Shown here: positions 14,090 to 25,532 of the stretch, in pieces
Position numbering within the stretch: position 1 is the first letter of the stretch
Layout of the letters: each line of letters opens with the position of its first letter
NCBI GenBank assembly: GCA_951406725.2
Contig: OX597817.1
Coordinates: forward strand, 58,776,001 to 58,840,000
From: Octopus vulgaris
Lineage: Eukaryota
Direction of reading: 5' to 3'
DNA length: 64,000 nucleotides
The notes under the pieces: generated by a model
Told to the model about the DNA's origin: nothing
Seen by the model: only the letters and a program-made list of their open reading frames with translations
Databases searched by the model: none
Program-made: the position numbers and the translations under genes

Positions 14090-14998
14090 AATATATATCT
14101 ACTTATATAAACACACACACGTAAATACATGTACATACAAATATATATATACTTATATATACAAACACACATAAATACATGTACATACAAATATATATAT
14201 ACCTATATATACAAACACACATAAATACATGTACATATAATATGTATACACAAATATACATAGATGTGCATAGATTTGTATACACAAATATATATATATA
14301 TATATATAATTACACACACACCTAAACATATATATGTATACATAAAATACTTATATAAATATACATACAACCATAAACATACAAACACACACACAGGTGT
14401 GGAGTTTTGCAAACACACACACACACACACACATACATATTGATAGTCTGTCTCAAATTGTCCATCTATTCACACACACACTTATATACATACACAGAGT
14501 GAGATTGTGTATATAAAAATATTTATATGTGTGTGTATGTTTATGTTTTTTGGCAAATATATATTTCCCTTCAATCCTGAAAAACATCCAACAAAACAAA
14601 TGTCAGTGTTTATGTGCATCTAAGCATGCTTGCAGTTATATGCACACAGACACAGACGCACATGCACACATGCATGCACAGACATACACACACATACACA
14701 CATGTGCACACACACACACATATATGCAGACACACACACGTGCATGCACAAGCAGACATACACACACATGCACACACAGACACATGCACACATACACAAA
14801 CACACATGTGCACACACACACATACATGCCGACACACACGTGCATGCACACGCAGACATACACACACATGCACACACAGACACATGCATACATACACAAA
14901 CACACACGCACATGTGCACATACACACACATACACACATGTGCACACACACACATACATGCAGACACACACACGCGCATGCACACTCAGACATACACA
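14030..14998. repeat. Compound microsatellites with higher-order tandem units (TA/CA unit near 14100-14240; CA/CATG unit near 14640-14998)
   Basis: Repeated blocks such as AAACACACATAAATACATGTACAT and GCAGACATACACACACATGCACACACAGACACATGCA. Confidence 0.9.
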
Positions 14999-14999
14999 T

Positions 15000-15398
15000 C
15001 TTTTATGTTTTCCTTGTTTCAGTCATTGGACTGTGGCCATGCTGGGGCACTGCCTTGAAGAATGAATCAACCCCAGGACTTTCTTTTTAAGCCTAGTACT
15101 TATTCTATCAGTCAGTTTTGCTGAACTGCTAAGTTATGGGGACATAAACACACCAACACCGGTTGTCAAGCAGTGATGGAGGACAAACACAGACACAAAG
15201 ACACACACACACACACGTGTGTGTGTGTGTCTGAGATGGGCTTCTCGTTTCAGTTTCCATCTACTAAATCCACTGAAACAGCTTTGGTCGGTCTGAGACT
15301 TGGGCAGAAGTCACTTGCCCAAGATGCCACACAGTGGGACTGAACCCAGAACCATGTGGTAGGGATGCCAACTTCTTACCACACAGCCATGCTTGTGC
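15000..15398 (-). mobile_element. CORE-like SINE family A
   Basis: Reverse complement of 18958-19370; internal (CA)n. Confidence 0.9.
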
Positions 15399-15417
15399 CT
15401 CTAGCCACACCTAGATA

Positions 15418-15649
15418 TCTATTTCTTTACTGCCCATAAGGGACTAAACACAGAGAGGACAAACGGACAGACAAAGGGATTAAGTCGATTACATCAACCC
15501 CAGAGCAAAACTGGTACCTAATTTATCGACCCTGAAAGGATGAAAGGCAAAGTCGACCTCGGCGGAATTTGAAGTCAGAACGTAATGGCAGACGAAATAC
15601 GGCTACGCATTTCGCCCGGCGCGCTAACGATTCTGCCAGCTCTCCGCCT
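15418..15649 (-). mobile_element. SINE family B
   Basis: High similarity to 44904-45137. Confidence 0.9.
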
Positions 15650-16569
15650 ATATATCTCAGACAGACTGAAATGATTAAGAATGGTATTCAGACACAACAT
15701 ATGAAGCCACAGAATGGTGGCTAAATACGTCCATGTGTTGCCGAATGACTGGTTGTCACAGGGGAAGTGCTGTTGTTGGTTAACCCCACATCAACCTTGA
15801 GTGAGCAGTCTATCCATGACCAACTAGTCTCAATCTGTTCAGGTGTATCTAGGACAGCTAAAATTTCCTTCCCTTACATTGCATTCCTTCAAAATGACTG
15901 GCCTTGGGCTGAAATTGGAAAGAATATATTAAAAAGGCAGTGAGCTGACAGAATCTTTAGTGCGTCAAACAAAATGCTTAGTGACCTTCCTGAGTTCAAA
16001 TTCTGCTATGGTCAGCTCTGCCTTTCATTCCTGCAGGGTTAATAAAACTAGAACATAAACCAAGTACTAGGGTTGATATAAGGTGCCTGCCCCTCTCCTC
16101 AAAACTGTGGGTAGTGTGCCTTAAACAGAAAGAACAATGATTTGATGGGAAAGTAAAGTTTGTTGCTATTTCTAGCAGATCAAACAACAACAAATGCCTT
16201 GTTATGTACAGGTGAGAATTGTAGTATGTAAAAGCAGGTGCCAATATATATAACCTTGACTGCAAGACAAAGAATGTTTATATACACATATGGAAGAAAA
16301 TGGACCACTGTTCATGATGTTGTTGTTGCTGTTGTATAGATTTGGGTCAACTCTGATGAAGCACTCTTACGGCACTCAGAGAATCATGGGAACAATTGAA
16401 TGTCTCCTCCCCACCCCCCAGACCAGCTCAGCCATGGCACCACCAAGACAATGACAATACTGCACACTGCACCTTACCCAGGCGTAGACATGGCAATGCG
16501 CTTAAGAACCTCGCTTTGAAACAACATAGCTTCATGTTTAGGCTGAGTCTGCATGGAAACTGAAAGATT

Positions 16570-16610
<41 letters not shown>

Positions 16611-16639
16611 CATGAGTATGTTTGTGTGTGTGTCCTTTG

Positions 16640-16982
16640 CCATGAAAAAAGCACCTGTGCTGGCCCTAGATAGAAAAGCACATGTGCTGGCGCCACATAA
16701 AACACATCCCTGCTGGTGCCACGTAGAAGGCTCCTGTGCTGGTGGCACACAAAAAACATCCATTTTGGTGCCATGGAAAAAAAAACTGGTGCTGGTGCCA
16801 CATAAAAAGCACCCGGTGCCACTCTGTAAAGTGGTTGGCATTAGGAAGGGCATCGAGCTGTAGAAACACTGCCAAGGCAAACAATTGGAACCTGGTGCAG
16901 CTCTCCAGCTGGCTGTCTCCTCTCAAACCATCCAACCCATGCCAGCATGGAAAACAGAAGTTAAACAATGATGATGATGATG
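16640..16982 (+). mobile_element. SINE family C (RTE-type tail ending in (GAT)n)
   Basis: Repeated GGTGCCAC/GGTGGCAC-AAAAAGCAC units, GGCATTAGGAAGGGCATC block and (GAT)n tail, shared with many copies. Confidence 0.85.
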
Positions 16983-17689
16983 ACCCTGATTTTAAACAAA
17001 CGTCACTCTAATATAAGTGAAGTCATTTGTTGTCTCCAAAATCCCAGAGAAAAATCATCTCCAAGATTCTAGAGAAAAGTCATCAAGATCTGCTGCTGGG
17101 CTTTTTGTTTACATAACTGCAGCTGCTGCTGCTGCTGGCACCATTTTTTGTTGCCGCTAAAGCTCCCGCTGGTTATCTTATTATTGTTGTTGCTTTCTTT
17201 GCTGTTGTTATTGGAGGTGTCACAGTTCCTGTTGATGTTAGTGATGTTGTTGTTGCCATCATCATCATCATCATTTGTTGCTGTTGTTTCTAGATTCCTG
17301 GCTACTTCTGGTGGGAGTTGCTTGCTGCCTTACATTGAAGTCTTGCTGGTGGATTCCTGCAGCAAATGGCATCTAAGCCTGAGGCAGAAGGAAGGAGAAG
17401 CAGTGTCATTTCCTCCTAAACCCACTCCTCCATTTCAACATGTGCTGGCCATCTTGTTGGGAAAATATTGGTTAGAAAATATTTATCTGAAAATGTTATG
17501 GAAAGGATGTTTATTTCTCCCATTTCTTTTATGTGATTCAGCTATGTGGCTGCAGCCATGCTGGAGCACCAATGTAACTTTGTACCCTTTCCACAGCCCT
17601 CTTTTGTGTGGTAGCATTTCATATCACCACTCTTGTATGTGCCTTTTTCCCTGGTTTATATCAGGTATTTGAGGGAGTTTGAAATTGCT

Positions 17690-19460
17690 GTCCTTATCTG
17701 AGCTTCATGTTGGGATGTTGGTACATCTGGTATCATGGTTAGGAGAATGTCCAGTTCCTTTTTGAAGACATCCACATCCACATTGTGTAGGCTTCTTAGT
17801 TCTTTCAGCAGGACATTGAAGAGCTATGGACCTTTGAGCCCCAAATTATTGCAGTACCTGGTCCCCATTTTAGACAGAGTGGACAGTAACTTTGGTTCTA
17901 TACAATGGCATCCAGTATGTTCCCTTGTATGACTCTTGACCACAAAGTTAGATATTAGCCCCTCCACAATTTTCCAACTGTAAATTATTCCATATCTCTT
18001 GTGTTTTCATTCCAGGGAGTAAAACCATAATTTTTTTCAGCTTTTTCCAGTTCATCTGCTGCACTCTGGCAATCTTTTTAGTAAAAAGCAATGGATTTCT
18101 TCAAGTCCTGCTATTAATCTGACACTATGTGGTGACCACAGCTAAGAGCAATAGTCCAGGCAGTTGAGAACGAAGGTCTCCCGCACGATTGACATGACTT
18201 CTTGGTCGTTTCTCCTGAAGGACCTTAATATTCATCCTTCTAACTGCCTACACTTTGATGCCAATTTGGTAATATGCACATGAAATGATGCATCATTGCG
18301 CATACTGATCCCCAAGTCTCTCATTGTCTGTGACTCTGGGATTGCAGTACTTTTGCATTGTGTAAATGCAACCTGGGGTGCATTAGTAAGCTGAGAGTAC
18401 AGTTCGAAACCTCAGTTCTCCATCTCATAAGGATTTTCCCAACCCTGAGAATTTTATTTTTGGCTATGCTGGCCTTTTTTCTGGAACATATTTAGTGCAT
18501 ATAGCTAACACTGTCAATATACACTAAGTTTTCAGTCATTGTCAGCCATTGACAGATTGTGGGACCAGTTTTGTTTGTGGATCCCCTTACACATTGATTT
18601 CCAATTCACTTTATGGAAACTCAAGTTGGATATGACTCCAACCATTTTCATAGATGTCAGCAGTTCACCTAGGACCAAGGACCATACAATGTTAATTCTA
18701 GAGTGTTGTGGTCTGAGAAAGCAGTTGGTATCACGTTCATGGATAAAGTTTATATTATTTGTGAAGCAGAGATTTCAAGATATTATTACCCTTTGTTGGC
18801 TGGAGTATCACTTGTTCCACAAACAGCATCTAAGAAAGTTCAGATAAGGATTCTGCTTGCCTTGGTTCATGCACTAACACCATAGAGAGGATGTGACCTT
18901 CAGACCATTTCACATTTGGAAGGCTGAAATCATCCAAGACGAGTTTATTGATATATAGGCTTAGGAGTGGCTGTGTGGTAAATAGCTTGCTTACCAACCA
19001 CATGGTTCCGGATTCAGTCCCACTGCGTGGCACCTTGGGCAAGTGTCTTCTACTATAGCCTCGGGCCAACCAAAGCCTTGTAAGTAGATTTGGTAGACGG
19101 AAACTGAAAGAAGCCTGTCGTATATATATGTATATATATGTATGTGTCTGTGTATATGTTTCTGTGTCTGTTTGTCCCCCCACCCCAACATAGCTTGACA
19201 ACCGATGGTGGTGTGTTTACGTCCCCGTAACCTAGCGGTTCAGCAAAAGAGTCAGATAGAATAAGTACTAGGCTTACAAAGAATAAGTCCTGGGGTCGAT
19301 TTGTTCAACTAAAAGGTGGTTCTCCAGCATGGCCACAGTCAAATGACTGAAACAAGTAAAAGATTAAAAGATATTGGTGGATACTGGCCAATTCCTCTTC
19401 TTTGCAACAGAGGCTATCCTCAAATTTACCAACCTGTTGAATGATATTGTAACAAGAGGT
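17690..19460 (-). pseudogene. Decayed CR1/L2-group LINE ORF2: endonuclease end plus C-terminal region
   Basis: Endonuclease motifs DDFSLPNVKW, QPTKGNNIL and SDHNTLEL (about 18690-18945). C-terminal motifs RDLGI, LDYCS*LWSP, YSLE and GP*LFNVL..DVFKKELD (about 17710-18330). Interrupted by a SINE. Confidence 0.85.
18958..19370 (+). mobile_element. Full-length CORE-like SINE family A
   Basis: tRNA-like head TGGCTGTGTGG/GGATTCAGTCC, CORE-like CCTTGGGCAAGT, internal (TA/TG)n, and AAAAG-type tail. Confidence 0.95.
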
Positions 19461-20099
19461 AAATTAAGAGTTGGGCTTTACCAGTTTAGGAAGTATGTTT
19501 AGATGGGTGCACGTAAGAAGGTTTGAAATGTATGAATACATGTTTTACATAAAGGTAACGATAAAAATCAGAAGGCAATGCTTTTGGTTAACAAACTTAA
19601 TTTATTCCTTGCTCACACATGAAGTATCTGGCACATCAGAGATAAGCGTACAAGACATCAGGGTGTAGGAGGCATGAGTTAATTCCTTAATGCATATCAA
19701 GGTAGTTAGCTCTAGTACTTGGCTACAAAACTAAAATATTCAATGAGTTTTGAAGTGGTAGTGAGGCGAGGTAGAAATCCCATAGCAAGTCGAGCTAGAT
19801 GAGCCACAAGCTCATCAACAGATTAGTGTCTACATCTGAATGGGATAAAGCAAAGCAGCAATGAAAGGGGACTAGATGTTAACATTGCAACATTTAGACA
19901 GCGACTGGGTAAAACGCCTTTGAAAAGCACATGGTATTACTCTGGGCAGAAGTCGTCATGTGTATTCCTCTGCCGTTAGCTTTTAAAGAGTGGTGGAATG
20001 CAGCACCAGCTAGGGCGAAGTAATTTGACTGCCCTACTAATGCTACAATAAAATGTACAGATTACCACTTCAAGCTGCTTTAAATGTACAATGAGTGTT

Positions 20100-20400
20100 A
20101 CAGTTCTATATTTAAGAGATAAGGAATTATTTACATTATTTACATTTGACTGATATTTGTCCTCATCTTGTTTGTTGTTAACACAATGTTTCAGCTGATA
20201 TACACTCCAGCCTTCTTCAGGTGTCTTGGGGAAATTTCAAACCTGGGTTCTCATTTCTAAGGTATTTTACGATGTTATTATTATTATTATATTATCATTA
20301 TTCAGATTACTGCTTGGAAACACGTATGGCGTAGTGGTTAAGAGCGCAGGTTGCTAACCCCAAGTTTCCGAGTTCGATTCCAAACATTGACCTGAATAAT
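20100..20400 (-). mobile_element. tRNA-headed hammerhead element with inverted 5' head
   Basis: 20130-20318 is the reverse complement of 55153-55320; the tRNA-like head (about 20322-20395) lies on the opposite (+) strand. Confidence 0.8.
20180..20225 (-). ncRNA. Minimal type I hammerhead ribozyme motif
   Basis: GACAC-CTGAAGA-A-GGCTG-loop-CAGCT-GAAA-CATT-GTGTT. Confidence 0.75.
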
Positions 20401-20430
20401 AATATGATAATAATAATAATAATAATAATC

Positions 20431-20560
20431 CCATACAAGACTGATGTCTTGCAAAAAGCAGCCTTATTGGGCCCAGCGCACATCTTAAGGAAAGTATTAT
20501 CTGTCTGAGGTCCTTGTTGTGACTTGACAGATGACTAAAGAGAAGAGGTACCTCTTCAGT
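20431..20560 (+). mobile_element. R4/Dong-like non-LTR retrotransposon 3' end
   Basis: Translates PYKTDVLQKAALLGPAHILRKVLSV*, matching the LQK.ALLGTA.ILRKVL C-terminus of R4-clade elements; begins at (TAA)n. Confidence 0.8.
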
Positions 20561-21158
20561 GCTGGAAATTTGTGGGGAGGAGTTAGTCAATTACATCAAA
20601 CCCTCCCCCAGTACTTGTGGGGAGTGGTTAGCCAATTACATCAACCACCCCACTCATAGTGGTTAGCCAATTACATCAACCCCTCCCCTCCAGTACTTGT
20701 GGGGAGTGGTTAGTCAATGATATCAACCCCGCAGTACTTGATTGGTGCATTTAAACTCAGAATGAAAAGTTTAAAGAAATGACACAAAGCATTTTGTTTA
20801 GGATGATAACGATAATAATAATAATAATATGCCATGATATTAAATGATGTCTAATTGTTTTTAGATTTGATAATGATTTGAGATCAAAACTAAAAACAGC
20901 CCCAAGTATGACCTCATATTTAAAGAGCATTATTCTGCTGTCTCACAGGTTTATTTTCGTTAGAAGAACAAACCGAAATCTTTACTCAGAAATCTTTCTT
21001 TCACAATAATAATGAGAAAGATTCTCTTCTGCTAATTTCACTGCCACCCCCCACCCCCACTGAAGAACTGCTGCAATGTCAGGTTGTATTTCTTTATTTC
21101 ATTAAGAAGAGTTAATTATCAAACAAAACCTGTTAAAAAAAAATTTAACGATTCTTTT

Positions 21159-21230
21159 ACATCCAATCTTCAAAGATAAAAATGATACGGTGGAACATCC
21201 AATCTTCAAAGATAAAAATGATACGGTGGA
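21159..21230. repeat. Perfect 36-bp tandem duplication
   Basis: ACATCCAATCTTCAAAGATAAAAATGATACGGTGGA occurs twice in tandem. Confidence 0.95.
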
Positions 21231-21535
21231 ACAAAGACCATGTTTGATTCTTTATATTTATGGCGACTTTAGAATAATAAGTAATTACCAATGTCTTGGA
21301 GATATCTCATTATCTGATTAAAATATCCAAATTTCCTTGAGAATTAACGTTTGAAAAATATAAAACAAAAATTTTTTTACTTTATTGGAAAAAAATAACC
21401 AAAATATTAATTGCAAACATGTGAAAACATGTTCTTTGAGAGAAATTATATGTTTGTTTGAATCTTAAACTTAGCAAAATCATTAAAGAACATTGTTTAT
21501 TTATTTCCTAATCACTGCCATTAAAGTTCCCTTAC

Positions 21536-21744
21536 ATTCTTTTACTCTTTTACTTGTTTCAGTCATTTGACTGTGGCCATGCTAGAGCACCGCCTTTAGT
21601 CGAGCAAATCGACCCCAGGACTTATTCTTTGTAAGCCTAGTACTTATTCTATTGGATCTCTTTTGTCGAACTGCTAGGTTACGGGGACGTAAACACACTA
21701 CCATCAGTTGTAAAGCAATGTTGGGGGGACAAACATAAACACAC

Positions 21745-21789
<45 letters not shown>

Positions 21790-21957
21790 TACGATGGGCT
21801 TCTTTTTAGGCTCCGTCTACCAAATCTACTCACAAGGCTTTGGTCGGCCTGAGGCTATAGTAGAAGACACTTGCCCAAGGTGCCACGCAGTAGGACTGAA
21901 CTCAGAACCATGTGGTTGGTAAGCAAACTACTTACCACAGAGCCACTCCTGCGCCTA
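21536..21957 (-). mobile_element. Full-length CORE-like SINE family A
   Basis: Reverse complement of 18958-19370. Confidence 0.95.
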
Positions 21958-22457
21958 TTTGTCAGTATTTTTCTATCTGCAATTTCACAGCAGTTTCCAT
22001 TCTTCAGTTCACTTCACATTCTGCTTTTTTTCCTTTTCACACAATCATTAACTGACATTTCTCTCATCAGAGATTTTGTCTATTTTTGTCTCCTCCTCCT
22101 CCTCCCCCTCCCCCGCCTTCTCCAAGAACCCAGAATGGGCCATATTTCATTGTTTAATCAAATCTCTATCACCGTTCAGTGTTCTTACATGCTGTCGTGG
22201 TTCCTATGCATGTTATTGCTTCAGAAATCAATATTCAGCTCGAAAATACAAATAAAAACAAAAAAAAAACCCTTCTTTCACAGATCAGCCGTGTTTGTAT
22301 TTATTTTCTCCTCCTTTTTACTTCCAAACTGATTGTTGTGTTGGCATCTGTTTCATTGAAAAATATACATAGATAAAGCTGAACTATAAGCTAAGCTGTA
22401 ATTTTGAAAAATTATCCAAACACTCAGCCACTTTGATAAATACTGCCGCTACCTCTG

Positions 22458-22503
<46 letters not shown>

Positions 22504-23004
22504 CACATATCTGGTCTTTGCAAACAGTTTTTACCGAACATTGTTCTCTGTCTCTTTTTCTTTCTTCTTTCACCTTATATCAAACTACAGAGTTTATCTT
22601 GATATTTATTTTTCACCACCAATTACTGCCTAACCCCTGGTATATACACTGACTTCACAGAACCAGAATAAAAGTAATGCCAAAATTGGTAGCGCAGCAG
22701 GCAAAACTGTGTGAAGGCACTTGGCTTAATGGATACGATTTCACACTTACAGTTGTAAGGTTATAGGTTTGATTCCTAGACTGATCAACATGCCGTGTTC
22801 TTGAGCAAAACATTCGATTGCATGTCCCAGTCCACTCAGCTGTAAATGAACACCAACAATAGCTGGGAAGCTAACCTTATGAGTGACCAGCAACTTATTC
22901 AGGTGAGGAGTGATGAAATCTCAGTCACTGACAAGCCATTGCAACAGGTTTAAACTCTGGTCTTGTGAGTCCAAGGGCTTGTGGTAGCCCTAAGCAAACT
23001 AAAT

Positions 23005-23265
23005 TGTGGTTGGTAGCACGTAAAAAGCACCATCTGAATGTGGCCAATGCCAGTGCCGCCTGACTGGCTCTCATACCAGTGGCACGTAAAAAGCACCCAC
23101 TACACTCTCAGAGTGGCTGGTGTTAGGAAGGGCATCCAGCTGTAGAAATATTGCCAGATTAGACTGGAGCCTAATGCAGCCTCCTGGCTTGCCAATACCC
23201 AGTCAAACCGTCCAACCCATGCCAGCATGGAAAACGGACATTAAACGATGATGATGATGATGATG
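23005..23265 (+). mobile_element. SINE family C
   Basis: Similar to 50380-50689 and 58100-58402; (GAT)n tail. Confidence 0.9.
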
Positions 23266-23473
23266 GTGGTGAACGTATGAACCAGCAGAATGGTTAGCAC
23301 GCAGGACAAAATGCTTCACAGTATTTCAACATTCTGAGTGCAAATTCCACTGGGTTTAACTTTTCCTTTCATCCTTTCAGGGTTGCTAAATTAAATACCA
23401 GTGAAGTACTGGAGTCGATGTAATTGACAGAAACTAATTCCATCAGGGTTTTTCTACCATGGATCATTGTGGG

Positions 23474-23928
23474 ATTCCAACATTTCATGGTTCGCTACCT
23501 CAACAGCACCTTTATAGGATTCAGTGGCTAAGGACATCATCAGGAGGAACCATGTCCAGTTTCAGCCCCTACTCCTCGGCTGTTTTCAATGTGGTGGGCC
23601 CCACTCCCTTTCGGAGGTGTCTTCAGCACTGGTGTTGAGTGCACTTCTTCTCTTTTTTTTCTTTAGCCTTTTGTTTTTTGGTTTCTTCAATGCAGCATCA
23701 ACAAATGTCAGCTGGCGACTGACCATTCTTCCAAATTTCCTTTTAAATACTCACTGGTAGGCTCTAGTAGCCAGCACCAGCAAACTGTCACGTGACACTG
23801 TCTAATCTTCAACTGACCAATAGAGGGAAAGGGCACGTAGTTTTGGCCCGCACCCTCACTAAACCTGCCTTCCAACAGTGTCGTGTTAGTTTCAGTTCCG
23901 ACCAGCCATTTGGTGGAACAAGCCTTCA
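23474..23928 (-). mobile_element. Unclassified ~460-bp LTR/pseudo-LTR-like repeat, copy 1
   Basis: Colinear with 54184-54647; TATA-like motif and CTGATGA...GAAA on the minus strand. Confidence 0.7.
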
Positions 23929-25184
23929 AACTATCAGGGAGGAGGGTGCGCAATGAAGAAGATGGTTCCCTTGGCCCACCTGTCAAGCAACAATGGTGTT
24001 CAAGTGCTGGCCAGCCTCACTGCACATATTACTCATTTCTCACAGACATCACCTTTTTTTTCCAAAAAACCTAAACATCACAGATCTTCCCATTGAGAAG
24101 GATTGAACTCAGTACTATGAATTTATAAAACCCTCATCAACAACTGCAACCACAATCTGTGGTTCCAACTGGTAACTATTCATAACAAGGTAAACTGAAG
24201 CAACGGAAGTTACGTAGCTTTGTCTAGGATACAGTACAATTCTAGTCAATATGGTGTAAAAAAAAGAAAAAAAACTAAGAAAAAAGGCCAGCCATTCGCT
24301 TGAAACAGCAGGTCAACATGGTAATAAAATACGAAAAATGATAAGAATAAGAACAGAAATAGTAAAAATATTCAGTTACCATCATTTCTCATTAATTACT
24401 TTTAGGACCATTATATAGTGATAACAGGAGGAGGGGGGAGGACTGTACTAGGAACAACAGGGATTGTTTGAAGGATCCTCGTTATCTAGAGAAATTAATT
24501 GTGACCTGGTATGAAGGACATGGATTTCAATTGTAATACATCTGTGCATACCATCAAATATTATCATTAATCATCATCATCATCGTTTAACATGGGTCGG
24601 ACGAATGACTGAGGGCTGGCAAACCAGGCCCCAGTCTGATCTGGCAGAGTTTCTACAGCTGGGTGCCCTTCCTAATGCCAACCACTCCGAGAGTGCAGTG
24701 GGTGCATTTTACGTGACACCGGCACGGGGACCAGTCAGGCGGTACTGGCAATGACCTCGCTTAAATAATAATAATAATAATAATAATAATATAATAATAA
24801 TAATGATGATGATAATAATAATAATACTCAACCAGCAAAACCGCTCATCAGTTAGTTTTAAGGACCCAATGTTGCCACCTGTCCATCTATTAAACAATGG
24901 TACCAGCTGCCGCTACCGTTCTACACAGACTTTGGCAATATTTCAGAATTTTTTTTTCCAATTTTCTGCATATACTTTCTTTGTAACAGACTTTCAAAAT
25001 ACTCACATTTCCCCAAGAGAATAAAATCCATTAATATTTTGTTTTTCGTCCACTTACTGGCAATAAGATTCCACATATAGAATTCGGTTCCCATTTACTT
25101 CGATTCCACTTTCATGTCCCTCTTTCTCCCTCTCTCTTTACCAAAGTTTATCACTTTACACACATGCACATATATATAATCAGT

Positions 25185-25372
25185 ACATTTATATACATAT
25201 ATACATATATATAGATAGATAGATACATACATATATACATACATATATACATACATATATACATACATACATACACATATATATACATATATATACATAC
25301 ATATATATACATATACATATATATACATATATATACATATATATACATATATATATATATACATATATATAC

Positions 25373-25403
<31 letters not shown>

Positions 25404-25490
25404 CATATATATACATCTACATATATATACATATACATATATATATATATATACATACATATATATACACACATATATACACACACACAC

Positions 25491-25531
<41 letters not shown>
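25185..25531. repeat. (TA)n/(TACA)n microsatellite
   Basis: Seen directly. Confidence 0.95.

Positions 25532-25532
<1 letters not shown>

Noticed and set aside
17148-17672. 174-aa ORF with a signal-peptide-like Leu-rich start
   Set aside because: It has a non-ATG start, derives from GCT/GTT repeats and shows no domain.
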